Assembly: GCA_000092065.1 (NCBI GenBank)
Contig: CP000590.1
DNA length: 64,000 nucleotides
Source: Ostreococcus lucimarinus
Taxonomy: Eukaryota
Direction: 5' to 3' (one strand)
Each line of letters opens with the position of its first letter. Position 1 is the stretch's first letter. The position numbers and the translations under genes were made by a program. Below, piece by piece: positions 20,859 through 33,319 of the stretch. The notes under the pieces were generated by a model. The model was not told the DNA's origin, did no database searches, and was given only the letters and a program-made list of their open reading frames with translations.

Positions 20859-22676
20859 TCATTGCGGTCGACTGTCGATTTCTTTGTAGAGCGCGTTGAG
20901 CAGAGCCACTCCATAGCCAGAACCTAAACCGTCTTTAAAGTTACCAGGACCAGCCATGTCGAGGTGAATCCAAGCCGTGTCATCGCGAGCGACCCAGTCT
21001 GGGTGTAAGTGATTGGCGATGAATTGACCGGCGCAGCTCGATTGCGCGTTGGCGCGGTCGGCGACGGAGTTTTTCATGTCGGCGACTTTGGAACTGAACT
21101 CACTCTTGAACATTTCCGGAGCGTAGGGCAGGGCGTGCGCCAGATCTCCGGTGATTCTGCCCAATCGCACGATGGTGTGCTCCATGTCTTCGCTATCGGT
21201 CACAAGTCCGGCGTGTTTACGCCCGGTGGCGATCATTTGCGCTCCGGTGAGCGTGGCCATGTCGACGATGATGCGCGGCTTGCACGCGGCGTTCGCGGGA
21301 TCGGAGCAATACGCGACGCCGTCCGCGAGCACGAGGCGCCCTTCGGCGTCGGTGTTGTTGATTTCCACTGTCTTTCCGCTCTTGCCGACGAGAATGTCAT
21401 CCGGGCGAATCGCGCCCGAGCCAATTGCGTTTTCGGCGATGCACAGCACGAGGTCGAGTGGCGTCTTGAAATTCGATTCGGCGTCCTCGCGAGCGATGGA
21501 CTCAAACGCGCACAGCATACCCGCGGCACCGCCCATGTCCGTCTTCATACCGCACATGCCGTCTTTAGATTTCAGCGAAAGCCCACCGGTGTCGAACGTG
21601 ATACCCTTGCCCACGAACGCGATGGACGGCGCGTCCGGGTCGACGCAACCTTTCGGCGTAAATCGCAAGTGCACGAGCGCGGGATCACGACCGTCGCGAC
21701 TCGAAGCGCTTCCGACGCCCGCCAGACATCCGTAGCCCTCCTCGACGAGTTGCGCGTAACGTTTAATCTCGACAACCTTAACGCTCGCGCCGAGCTCGCC
21801 CGCGACGACCTTCGCCTCGTCCACAAACGCGTCCGGCGACAGCTCGTTTGGCGCCATGTCGACGAGCGCCTGGCATCTGCGCACCGCCTTTGGCAACGAC
21901 CGCGTCTCCGCCCCGTTCCAAATCTCCCCTCCGCACACGACGCCCACGTACACTTCCCCGTCCACAACCGCGTCCGCCGCTCGAAACTTATTCGTATACG
22001 GCGCACTAATCCTCGCCAACGCCGCCAACGCCCCGACGCGGTGCGCCTCCTCGTCCACCGCCGCGAGCACCACCGCTCTTCTCTTCTTCCGATCCCCTAT
22101 CGCCGCTTTCGCCGCCGCCGTCATCGCGTGCGCGGCGATCGGCGAATTATGTCTCGACATCTTCGATTTCTCCGGCATCACGCACACGACGAGCTCCAAC
22201 AGTCCCTCGTCGTCCTCGCTCGCCGTCTCGAGCACCGTGCTCCGCGTCGCGTTCGCGTCGAGGCTCTCGACCAATCGCTCGAACGTCCGCGCTGCGCGCT
22301 CGTTCGTCCCGAACGCGCGCCGCGCGAACGCGCCGTTCTCGAGCAGCGCATCTTTCGCGCCGACGACGACCCATTTCGCGTCGTTCGTGCGCCGCGCGGC
22401 GTCGCAATCGTCGTTCGTTTCGATCGTTTTCAGCGTCGACGCGCCGCGCCATCGGTCGTCGTGATGCGTCGTGGACATGCGCACGCGCGCGGAGGAGGCT
22501 CGACGCGAACGAACGCGGTGTGCGCGCGCGGTGTGCGCGCGGTGAGCGATTCGGGAGGGCGCGAAGGGCGCGCGGGCGCGCATGCGCCGTGGTGTGAGGC
22601 GGCGAGGGCGGCGCGCGCGGCGGCGTCGGCAACCGCCGCGAGCGCCGAGGAGAGCGAGTCGCGTGAGTTGAGTCAT
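20859..22676 (-). CDS. Leucyl aminopeptidase (M17 family)
   Basis: The NTDAEGRL signature and the M17 catalytic domain are present. The N-terminal ~80 aa are low-complexity and may be a presequence or lie upstream of the true start. Confidence 0.8.
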   Translation of the reverse strand: MTQLTRLALLGARGGCRRRRARRPRRLTPRRMRARAPFAPSRIAHRAHTARAHRVRSRRASSARVRMSTTHHDDRWRGASTLKTIETNDDCDAARRTNDAKWVVVGAKDALLENGAFARRAFGTNERAARTFERLVESLDANATRSTVLETASEDDEGLLELVVCVMPEKSKMSRHNSPIAAHAMTAAAKAAIGDRKKRRAVVLAAVDEEAHRVGALAALARISAPYTNKFRAADAVVDGEVYVGVVCGGEIWNGAETRSLPKAVRRCQALVDMAPNELSPDAFVDEAKVVAGELGASVKVVEIKRYAQLVEEGYGCLAGVGSASSRDGRDPALVHLRFTPKGCVDPDAPSIAFVGKGITFDTGGLSLKSKDGMCGMKTDMGGAAGMLCAFESIAREDAESNFKTPLDLVLCIAENAIGSGAIRPDDILVGKSGKTVEINNTDAEGRLVLADGVAYCSDPANAACKPRIIVDMATLTGAQMIATGRKHAGLVTDSEDMEHTIVRLGRITGDLAHALPYAPEMFKSEFSSKVADMKNSVADRANAQSSCAGQFIANHLHPDWVARDDTAWIHLDMAGPGNFKDGLGSGYGVALLNALYKEIDSRPQ

Positions 22677-22716
22677 CGGGGATGAAATGAAAGCTACGCG
22701 CCGTGCGTCGCGAGCG

Positions 22717-23559
22717 CTAAGGAGAGTAATCGTCGATCGTGGTGGTGGTGTCGTCGGTGGAATCGGCGCGCTGGGGGTCGTCGGCGACGGCGTCTCGCGC
22801 TTCTTCGGCCGGCGCTTCGGCGGCGTCGAGGAGCACGGCGCCGCACTCGCCGACGCGCGAGGGGTCCACGGGGATGCCGTTTCCGACGACGTCGTCGCGC
22901 CAGCATCCGCTAAAATACGTCTCAGATGCGCGCGCGGCGTCGAGCTCGGGCTTCAGCGCGGCGTAGAGCGCGGCGTGATCGCCGAGCACGCGGCCCTTCT
23001 TATCGACGCGGACATCGTACTTTCGGCCGTGGGAACCCAGGCGCAGCGAGACGGTTTCGAGGTTGACGCGCTCGACCGTCGCCGTAGCTGGGTATATCAC
23101 CAAGTGCTTGGACGTATCTGAATCGTACGAAACGCAGTAACCATCCGACCAGCTGGCTTCGCTCGATGGGTTGTCGTCTTCCCAAAGTACGCTGACGAAG
23201 TACCCCACCCAACGACGCCCTTTTGGCTTGACGACGACGGGTTTCGTGTTCAGCCCGCCGACGTGTTCGCCGTACAGCGTGGAAACCCGCACCCCGTGTG
23301 GTGGGTGCGCGGTGGCACGCATGGATTCAGGCAACAGTACCCAACGTCGCAAGTCGTCGAGAACCGTTTCGAGTTCATCGCTCGAAATGGTTTCGACTTT
23401 GCGCTCTCGTCGCGAATTCTCAAGCGCCTTTTTCACCTCCAGACGACTCGACTTCTTCCTCGCCGTGCTTTCCCACGCAATCCGTTCTTGTTCCGCACGC
23501 GCTCTGGCATCGCTTCTGGCTTGGACGCGCTCCAGCTCTGCCAGCTGCTGCTTCATGCG

Positions 23560-23604
<45 letters not shown>

Positions 23605-24021
23605 TGCCAACTCTTTCTTGTTCGTCGTGTTCTGCAACGTGTTCTTCAACGCGATGACTTCCAACAGAGTCACGAACGGCGTCGACCAAAGTGGATCCGC
23701 GCGCGCTCTCGGGCCTGCGTCCGCCGCCACCTTTTCAGCTCGGCAAATCCGAGCGTCCAACGCCGAGACGTAGTACGCGCGACCCTTAGCGTCGTATCCG
23801 ATCGGCTCGCCGTGCACGCCGCGCTTACACATCTGAAGCTGTTCGACTTTATTTCGCCGTCGCGCCTTGTCAAACTCATCCGAGCACTGTTCCGCGACGT
23901 TAGAAAACGAGCGAGACTCGACCAAATCCTCGCACAACCGGTACAACACTTCTAATCGCGCCAGCGCGTCGATGTCGAAAAATCCCGCCTCATCGTCCAC
24001 GCCGTCGCCCAATATCTCACG

Positions 24022-24066
<45 letters not shown>

Positions 24067-24492
24067 CGTCTCGCCGTGTCCCAACGCGCTCGGCGCCGGC
24101 GCCCACACGCGCAAGAAAAAATCTAAAATCCACGCGTGCTCGCGCGGTTCGCACAGCGCGCGTTCCCACGCCTCCCCATCCTTCCTCGGCATCCACATCG
24201 CCTCGAACGTCTCACAAAAGCTCTGCAAGGCGTAAAACTTGTGTTCGCTTCGCAGCGCCACGACGCGTTCGCGCATCTCTTTCCCCATGTTTCGCGTCGA
24301 CGCCGTCGACGACCCTCGCGCGTCGCGTCCCTTCGCCTCCTTCGCCGTCCCACGCGCGCCGTTCCTCGCGCCGCGCGCGCCGCGTCCACCGCGCGCACCG
24401 CGCCCGCGTCCCGCACCGCGTCCATCGCGCGCGCCGCGCGCGTCCGGCGTCGCGTCCGTTTTCATCTTTTTCGTCGCCGGCGCGCGCGGCAT
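22717..24492 (-). CDS. Hypothetical nuclear protein (591 aa) with an Arg/Gly-rich N-terminus
   Basis: The ORF is long and clean, but I recognise no confident domain. Confidence 0.4.
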
Positions 24493-24614
24493 CGCGCTCG
24501 AAGCGATCGACGCCGCGCGCGCGTCCGATCGCGTCGTCGGCGCGGCGCGACGCCGACGACGCGTCGACGCGCGCGCGACCGCTCGCGCGGCCGACCGCGC
24601 GCCGTCGTCGCGCT

Positions 24615-25247
24615 GTGCGGCGCCGCGACGGCGCGCGACGTCGACGACGCGGAACGCCGCACACGCGCGCGCACGCGATGCCGACGCTCGCGCGCGCGAC
24701 GCCGATGGCGCGCGCGATGACGCTCGCGCGCGCGCCGTCGTCCGCGACGCGCGCGCGCGCGACGGCGACGCGCCGCGGCGCGACGACGCGCGAGACGACG
24801 ACGATGCGGCGCGACGAGAGATCGAACGCGACGGCGACGACGCGGGAGAGCGACGACGCGCGACGCGATCGAACGCTGGCGCTCACGGCGCTCGCGGCGT
24901 GCGTCATCGCGAGCGGATGCGCGGACGGCGCGGACGCGATCGCGGCGATGGCGGGGACGATGGCGGACGGCGCGGATAACTCGGCGGCGGCGACGACGAC
25001 GCCGAACGAATTGTTCGCGCTCGCGGGCGGGGAGGTGCCGTTTTGGGCGAACATGGTCAAGTACGCGCGATTTTCGATCAGCATCATGGTCGGATTCGCG
25101 TACATGTTCGGAAGGCCGGTGGCGGCGCTGCTGAAGAAGCCGCAGACGGCGGCGGCGGTGGTCGCGGTGGGCGCGGGAGGGTACGTGTTCTTTAAGTTTA
25201 CGATCGAAACCATGCTCGGGATGAACGATCCGTCGACCATGGGCTAG
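24615..25247 (+). CDS. Hypothetical small membrane protein with a presequence
   Basis: A C-terminal hydrophobic region (MVKYARFSISIMVGFAYMFGRPVAALL...) follows an R/T/A-rich leader. The true start is probably at an internal ATG. Confidence 0.35.
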   Translation: MRRRDGARRRRRGTPHTRAHAMPTLARATPMARAMTLARAPSSATRARATATRRGATTRETTTMRRDERSNATATTRESDDARRDRTLALTALAACVIASGCADGADAIAAMAGTMADGADNSAAATTTPNELFALAGGEVPFWANMVKYARFSISIMVGFAYMFGRPVAALLKKPQTAAAVVAVGAGGYVFFKFTIETMLGMNDPSTMG

Positions 25248-25260
25248 GGTTGGGTTGTAA

Positions 25261-25310
<50 letters not shown>

Positions 25311-25330
25311 AGGCTGCGAGAGCGAGAAGG

Positions 25331-26995
25331 TTAAAAACGTTGCCACTCGATTTCGCCGACGGCGACGGGGGGCGCGGTGTTTTCGACGTCGTCGCTGAAA
25401 TGCGCCGCGCCGATGCGAGCGCGCCACGGCGCGAATGCGCGTTTCACGCGCCACGTATCTGCGAGTTCCATTGCGGCGTATCGTCGTCGCTGCGCGAAGA
25501 CGAAGGAGCGCCACATCGCAAAGCAATTCGCGTCCAGATACTTGTCGCTGAACGTGATCGCTTGTGAATCGCGGTAAAACGTCGCGCGCGCGTTCAGTTG
25601 TGACGCGTGTTCCTTCATTGATCTCCAATGCGCGAATACGCGTGTTTTTAGTGACCTGTTCTCTCGTTTCGCTTGACTCGTCGCCGCTCGCCAGGCGTAA
25701 AACGCGCTCGCCGCGAGCGACAGGCGATGAAATTTTGCCGCACGCGCCAGCTCGGCTCGGTGCTCTTTCGCGGCCCAGACGACCGCACACCACCGCGCAA
25801 AGGCGCCGACCGTGACACGCGCGTCGTCGTAGCTTGAAGCGAATCGCATGCGCTCGCGCTCTCGTCTCTCGTCTCGCACTCGTCGACGCCAACGCGAAAA
25901 TTTTACCGCGACGACGGCACGTTCGGCGCGACGTTCGGCGTGAATGACTCTTACACGCCACACACGCGTGACCGACCGTTTGACGTAGCGCTGGCGAGCG
26001 AGACGTGCGGCATCGATCGCGCGTCGCTCAGATTTCCACGCCCGCGCGACCGCAGACCAAGTATCCAGCGCCGTCGACTCGAGTTTGATTCGTCGCCACA
26101 CGTCCGCGCTCTCGCGCGCAACGCGCGCTCTCGCGCGCGAACGCCACGCGTTAAACGCCGCGAGCATCGCTCGACGGTTTCGTCGCGTTTGAGTCTGCCT
26201 GAAGGCTTCGAGTCGTCTCGCCGCGTCGTCTCGCGCGATTCGCGCCCACGCGCGAGCGACCGCTCGGCCCGTGGTCGCGAGCTCGCGTCGAGCGCGCTTC
26301 GCCGCGAACGCGCGCAATCGCACACGTTTGCGCGCATTCGTGCGCCACGCGCCAATCGCCGCCAGAGCCATCTTGCGCGCGCGGCGGCCGGTGGAGAAAG
26401 CGCACAACGACTCGATTTCGCGTTCTCTCGCTCGCCGATACTTTTCCTTCACCGCCTCGCGTCTCCACGCCGCGAACGCGCGCTTAATGGCGTTCATTTC
26501 GCACAACGCTCGAGCGATGAGCTCGCTCTCGTCGTCGTCGAGCGTGGCGCCTTCCGAATCCGCTCCCGTCGGCGTCGCGACTCGCGCGCCGTCGCCCACC
26601 GTCGTCTCCAAATACGCCTCGTCGTCCACCGCCACCAGCGCCTCGATCGAGCTCATCTCGCGCGTCGTCGCCGATTCGCCCGCCCCCCTCGCCTCCCCCC
26701 GCGCCGCGCCGCGCTCCAACGCCGCCGCCTTTTCCTCCCACGTCGTCTCGACGTCCAGCCCGAGCGCGAACGCCATCGCCCTCGCGCGCCCTCGCGCCGC
26801 CGCGTCCGCCCCTCGCGCCCGCCTGACCTCCTCGTCCACCGCCGCGCACACGTCCCGCAGTCTCGGCTCGCGCGCGCGTCCGCTCGCGTCGCGCGCGCGT
26901 CGCACGCCGCGCGCGACGACGCGCTCGAGCCAAACGGCCTCGCCGTTCGCGTCCGCGTCCGCGTTCGCGTCGCTCGCGCGCGCGCGCGCCGCCAT
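25331..26995 (-). CDS. Sfi1-like repeat protein (multiple [A/F]xxWR repeats spaced about 25-35 aa; candidate centrin-binding protein)
   Basis: Repeats AFNAWRSRA, AFAAWRREA, AFARWCAVV, AFYAWRAAT, VFAHWRSMK, CFAMWRSFV and AFAPWRARI are read directly in the translation. Confidence 0.45.
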   Translation of the reverse strand: MAARARASDANADADANGEAVWLERVVARGVRRARDASGRAREPRLRDVCAAVDEEVRRARGADAAARGRARAMAFALGLDVETTWEEKAAALERGAARGEARGAGESATTREMSSIEALVAVDDEAYLETTVGDGARVATPTGADSEGATLDDDESELIARALCEMNAIKRAFAAWRREAVKEKYRRAREREIESLCAFSTGRRARKMALAAIGAWRTNARKRVRLRAFAAKRARRELATTGRAVARAWARIARDDAARRLEAFRQTQTRRNRRAMLAAFNAWRSRARARVARESADVWRRIKLESTALDTWSAVARAWKSERRAIDAARLARQRYVKRSVTRVWRVRVIHAERRAERAVVAVKFSRWRRRVRDERRERERMRFASSYDDARVTVGAFARWCAVVWAAKEHRAELARAAKFHRLSLAASAFYAWRAATSQAKRENRSLKTRVFAHWRSMKEHASQLNARATFYRDSQAITFSDKYLDANCFAMWRSFVFAQRRRYAAMELADTWRVKRAFAPWRARIGAAHFSDDVENTAPPVAVGEIEWQRF

Positions 26996-27138
26996 CTCGC
27001 GCTATCGCGTCGTCGCGTCGCGATCGCGCGTCGTCGCGCCCATCGCCGCGCGTCGCCGTCGCGCGCGCGCGTCGCGGTGCGCCGTCGCGTCGCGTCGCGC
27101 GTCCGCACTCGTCGTCTTCCGCGCTCGACGACGACGCC

Positions 27139-27885
27139 ATGGCGCCGATCGCGCGCGTCGCCGTGCTGTTCGCCATGGACGCCGAGGCGCGACCGCTGAT
27201 CGACGCCCTCGGGCTGACGCTCGACGCCGACGCGTTCGCGCGCGTCGGCGGCGACGTCCCCATGCGCGTGTACTCGGGAACGCTGAAGTCGGGCGCGCGC
27301 GTCGACGTCGTCTGCGCGGGGTCGTGCGCGAGGCACAACGTGTGCAACGTCGGCACGGTCGGCGCGGCGCTGTCGACGTACGAGACGTGCGCGACGCTGC
27401 GACCGGACGTGATCGTGAACGCGGGCACGGCGGGAGGGTTCGCGAAGCGCGGCGGCGAGGTCGGCGACGTCTACGTGGCGACGAAGTTTAAGAATCACGA
27501 TCGACGAATACCGATCCCTGGATACGATAAATACGGCGTCGGTGAGTACGATGCGTGGCCGACGCCGCGGTTGATCGAGGCGCTGGGATGCAAGACCGGG
27601 GTGGTGTGCACGGGGAACTCTCTGGACGCCACGGAGACGTGCCGAGCGCTGCTGGACGAGTTCGAGTGCAGCGTGAAGGAGATGGAGGCGGCGGCGATCG
27701 CGCACGTCGCGCACCTATTTAACGTGCCCGTGATCGCGGTGAAGACGATCACGGACATCGTGGACGGGCCGCAGGCGACGGAGGAGGAGTTTTTGCGAAA
27801 TTTATCGTCGGCGGCGGACGCGCTGCGCGACGTCGTGCCGCGCGTCGTCGAATTCCTCGACGGCAAGTCCGTGGACGAGCTGTGA
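27139..27885 (+). CDS. 5'-methylthioadenosine / S-adenosylhomocysteine nucleosidase (MTAN)
   Basis: Track ORF starts at ATG 27139 (MAPIARVAVLFAMDAEARPLIDALGL...). The PNP/UDP phosphorylase fold typical of plant MTN is present. Confidence 0.8.
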   Translation: MAPIARVAVLFAMDAEARPLIDALGLTLDADAFARVGGDVPMRVYSGTLKSGARVDVVCAGSCARHNVCNVGTVGAALSTYETCATLRPDVIVNAGTAGGFAKRGGEVGDVYVATKFKNHDRRIPIPGYDKYGVGEYDAWPTPRLIEALGCKTGVVCTGNSLDATETCRALLDEFECSVKEMEAAAIAHVAHLFNVPVIAVKTITDIVDGPQATEEEFLRNLSSAADALRDVVPRVVEFLDGKSVDEL

Positions 27886-28029
27886 GGGTCGGCGTTTCCG
27901 TCGTCACGGAGTCGATTCGAGCGCGCGTCGCGAGCCGGTGTTGTTGTAGTGAGACGATAGAACCAGTCGTCCGTCCTTCGTCCGCGCGTCCCGCGCGTCC
28001 CGAGACGGTTAGGCGGCCGGCGTCAAACC

Positions 28030-28785
28030 ATGCCTCGCGACGCCTCGCCGCGCGCGTACGACGCCCTCGATGTCGCCGTGACGCTGCTGAAGAAGCGCGA
28101 GGGCATCGATAAGACGCTGAAACTCGCGCGCTACGCCGCGCTGTTCGCGCTCGGCGAAGCGAAAGCGCGCGCGAGGCCGAGCGCCGAGTCGAGCGAGTTC
28201 GTGCGCGCGACGACGGCGCTGGAGCGCTCGATCGGCGACGCGAGGCGCGCGTACAGGCTGGGAAAATTTTTGGGTAACGTTCGGGACTTTCGCGATGAGG
28301 TGCGGGAGAACGAGGGCGCGGGCAAGCGCGGCCGCGCGCGATGGCTCACGGCGGCGGCGGCGTGCGCGGCGCTCGAGGGCGCGTACTACTTCATCGAACA
28401 GGGCGTGTGGTTGAGCAAGGCGGGGGTGGCGATGCGACGACGATCGACGCTTGAACGGTTGGTGCGCTGGAGCGCGCGGGCGGAGGTTGCGTCGTACGCG
28501 TTTTCAATCGCGTGTTCGCGCGAGGACTGGCTCGAGGCGGACGCCGCGGCGAGAGCGGCGAGAGCGCGATTGAGGGACGTCGAGACGGCTAAAGCGAGCG
28601 CGCTCGAGCGTGGAGATGACGAAGACGTCGTTATTAGTTTGACGGCAGACGTGAACGAGGCGGAGAAGGCGAAGCGCAAGGCTGTGCTGGCGATTTGTCA
28701 AGACGTCGCCGACGGCGTCTTGTCGTTTGAGGACGCCGTCGACGTCGCCGGGTTCGAAATCCCGAACGAACGCCTCGTCAATTTC

Positions 28786-28830
<45 letters not shown>

Positions 28831-28866
28831 GACGCGATAGAATCGCTCGACGAGTCTTCGCGATAG
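28030..28866 (+). CDS. PEX11-like peroxisomal membrane protein
   Basis: The DARRAYRLGKFLG motif resembles the conserved PEX11 xARKxxRLGK block, and an N-terminal amphipathic region is present. Confidence 0.5.
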
Positions 28867-28951
28867 CGCGCACGCAGTACGCAACATTTCTGCTCTCTTC
28901 ATTAAAACAAACAAACGCGCTCGACGGCGGTCGTGTACAAACTTATTCCAT

Positions 28952-29500
<549 letters not shown>

Positions 29501-29587
29501 GGTTCGTGAACCGAGCGCGAGGGACTCCGATCGCCGTTCCCGCCAAAACGGATTGTCAGCGCGCGATGGGCGCGCGACGACGACAGA

Positions 29588-31079
29588 ATGCGACCCTCGA
29601 CGACGGTCGCGGCGACGCTCGCGGCGCCGCGAGCGGCCGGGAGCGCGCGCGCGTCGGCGCGCGCCGACGCGCGGTCGCGCGCGAGACGCGCGCGCGCGGG
29701 AGGCTCGACGAGGAATTTCGACGCGGGGCGCGGCGATCGAGGGATGCTCGCGCGCGAACTGCGGCGACGATGGCGCGGATCGGTGTCGATCGGTGGCGCG
29801 GACGCGCGAGCGGTGATGCGAGCGGGCGCGCGCGGGACGCGAGCGAGCGCGAGGGAGGACGGGGGGGAGGCGGGCGAGGGACGCGCGTCGACGTCGTACG
29901 CGTCGTCGGCGTCGTACGACGCCGACGACGAGTTCAACGAGCGCTTGGCGAAGGGATACGCGGACGATGACGTCGAGCGATTCGCGCGGGGGTTGTCCAG
30001 ACTATCGGTCGCCGGTGGGGGGGCGCCGAGTCGAAACGGCGCGCGGACGTTCGCGTCGCAGGCGTCGCCGGCGTACGAGGAGGAGGCGCTCGCGTCGAGC
30101 GCGCCGAGGATTCGAGGTGAGATCAAGCGCGTGACGTTTCATTCGAGAGAAAATGGGTACACCGTGGCGCGCATGGAGGTTGACAGCTCGTGTGAGCTTC
30201 CTCCAGGCGCGCTCGCGACGCCGAAGCGGCGAAGGAAGGGCGCGGCGCCGACGCCGACGGTGACCGTCGTCGGCACGCTTCCGGGAGCGAGCGAAGGACA
30301 AATGCTCGAGCTTATCGGACAGTGGAAGGAAAACACAAAGTATGGTGTCGAGTTCCTCATCACCGGTGCGCCCACGGAACTGAAACCATCGAGCGAGGAC
30401 GGGATGTTGCGATACTTGAGCGGCGGCGCGTTGCCGGGCTGCGGCAAAGTCACCGCTCAGCGCCTCGTCGATCACTTTGGCGTGGACCTGATGGACGTCT
30501 TGAACTCGCCCGACGCGGCGAAAAAGTTGTGCGCGTGCGATGGGATCGGGCCGAAGACGGCGATCAAGTTGAAGACGAATTGGGACGAGTCGCGCGGCAA
30601 GCGAGACGCCGCAGTGTTTTTAGAAAAACACGGCGTGCCGTTGGCGCTCGCGCAACGCGCAGCGGCACAATACGGTCCCATGACGGAGGATTTGATTCGC
30701 GACAACCCATTCGAGGCGTTAGGGGCGGTGCGAGGGGCGACGTTCCATCGCGTCGACGCCTTGGCGTCTCGACTAGGCAAGGCGCCGAACGATCCGGCGC
30801 GTCTCGGCGCCGCCATCATCGAAGTTTTGAGCGCGGCAGCGGTGAGCAGCGGGCATGCGTACTTGCCGTGGAGCAAAATCGTCGACGGTGTACGTGCTCT
30901 GCTCGGACAATCGACGATTACGGACGAGTTGAGCATGCAAGCCGCCGCGGACGCGATGCGAACCAAGGGTGAAATTCGTGTGCAGCGCCTGCCGACAGCA
31001 AGCACGGCGGCGGGATCGATTGAGGTTTTCGAAGGCGATTGGAGCACTGCGGCGCTTTACACGAGCGCCATGCACAGTG

Positions 31080-31124
<45 letters not shown>

Positions 31125-31353
31125 CGAAGATCAAGGTTGACTCGGCACGCGTGGAGCGTTGGCTCGAAGCCGCCGCGCAAAAGGAAGGGTGGCGCACGCT
31201 GAGCGAAACGCAAAAAGACTTTGTTCGATTAGCGCTTGAATCGCCAGTTTCTATTCTCACGGGTGGCCCGGGGACTGGGAAGACGTTTGCCACGCACGTG
31301 ATCGTCCGTCTGTGGCGCGCCATGGGCAAGAGTGTGGTAATGTGCGCGCCCAC

Positions 31354-31398
<45 letters not shown>

Positions 31399-32614
31399 AG
31401 ACATCGCCAATCCGGTGACGAGCTCGACGATTCATCGATTGTTGGAGTTCAAGGCTGCGGATGCGCTCGAAGGCATGGAAGATGACGGGCCGATGCAAGC
31501 GCTTTCATACAAGGGTAGATTCTCGCGAGACGCGAAGAATCCCATCCAAGCGGACGTTGTCGTCGTGGACGAAAGCTCCATGCTCGACTTGCCGCTGGCT
31601 GCCGCGCTCCTCGCCGCCGTGCCTCCCTCAGCGCAAGTCGTATTTGTGGGTGACGCCGATCAGCTTCCGTCTGTCGGACCTGGTAGTCTATTGCGAGATT
31701 TGCTCGCCGCGCGCAACGTTCCGAGCATCGCGTTGACGGACATCTTCCGCCAAGCGGCGGCGAGCGGCATCGTTCGCGCCGCGCACGCGATCAACTCTGG
31801 AGCGTTCCTACCGTTGGACATCAGAGAGCAGCGCCACGATGTGGACATGAATGAGCTTCGCATCGTCGCTGACGCGCAAGACGTCGATTTGCCGCCGATC
31901 GATCCCGATCTCAAGCCCGACTGTCTTTGGGTGAGCTTGCCCAGCGAAACGAACGCGAGCGTAGAGGCGGTGCTTGACCACATTCTCAGCGACATCTTAC
32001 CCGCTCGTGGATTCTCCCCAAAAGATCTTCAAGTCTTATCTCCAATGCGCCGCGGCGTCGCGAGCACTGGATCGCTCAACAACTGGCTCCAAACGTCGCT
32101 CAATCCGAGCTGTGAGAGCAAGAAGGAGGTCGCCGTCGGTGGATTTTCCGGCGACGTTACGTTTCGCGAGGGCGACCGCGTGCTGCAACAGCGCAACGAT
32201 TACGACAAAGAAGTATTTAACGGCGACTTGGGCGTGATTCAAAGAATCGACACCAAAGCTGGCACCGCCATCGTGAGCTTCGGCGCTGATTTCAAGGAAG
32301 TTTCGTACACCAAAGGCGAGCTCAGAGACTTGATACCGGCGTACGCCATGACGATTCACAAAGCCCAAGGCAGCGAGTATCGCGCCGTCGTTCTCGTGAT
32401 GACGAACGCGCATAAGCCATTACTCCGCCGTGAGCTCCTATACACGGGCGTGACGCGCGCCAAGGAGCTTCTCGTCATCGTCGCTCCCCGCACGGCGCTC
32501 GCCGCCGCCATCGACACCGCCGGCAAGGACCGTCGGTGCACGGGCCTCGTCGACCGACTCGCCGCCGCGCCCCAACCCAAGATCGCGGCGACGCGCGCAA
32601 ATAGCCCGCGATAA
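29588..32614 (+). CDS. RecD2-like (RecD/TraA family, SF1B) DNA helicase with an Arg/Ala/Ser-rich presequence
   Basis: ATG at 29588. Walker A LTGGPGTGKTF and Walker B VVVDESSMLD are present. The C-terminal SH3-like region with AYAMTIHKAQGSEY matches RecD2, as does the N-terminal RecD2-like segment GEIKRVTFHSRENGYTVARMEV. Confidence 0.8.
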
Positions 32615-32917
32615 TTATTCAAGCGTTTGTAAATCGAACTCTTCCACGCTCGTTCGAGCGATTTCAAAGCCGTCCCGTCTGAGCGAGTCCCGAAGCCCGA
32701 ACGAAGCCCAAGGCAACAAACAGACCGCGCGCCTCGGGCACCCCCTCAGACGAGCGCGCACGGCGACGCCGACGTCCGCCGAAGCGCACGGACGATCCAA
32801 CACGCTCGCGAGGACGCGTTGGATCCGGCGCGGACCGTTCGCACGCCCTCGCGCGCGCGCGCGCCTCGTAAACGCGACGTAATTGGCTCGTTAACCTGTC
32901 GAACGCGTTTTTGAGCG

Positions 32918-33274
32918 ATGTCGACGCCGCTGACGCGCATCGCGACGCGTCTGGCGCGATCGAGCGATCGCAACGCGTGGACCATGACAGCTAGGACGTT
33001 GTACGCCGATGCGAGCGCGGCGAGCGAGCGGGTGGCGACGTCGAGGGGGGACTCAAACGGCGCGGCGGCGAACGCGAGGCGACTGGACGAGTCGGCGAAC
33101 GCGAACTCGAGCGCGACGAGGGATGAGGGCGCGCGAGCGCCCGTTGATGCGACGAGCGCGGCGAAGACGGGAACAAAAAGCGCGTCGTCGGGACGTAAGC
33201 TCGGGGAGAAATTTTCAAAGGATGTCGTGGACGACATCTATCGCGGGAGCTTTCGAAGCCAAACCGGGGTGAGC

Positions 33275-33319
<45 letters not shown>

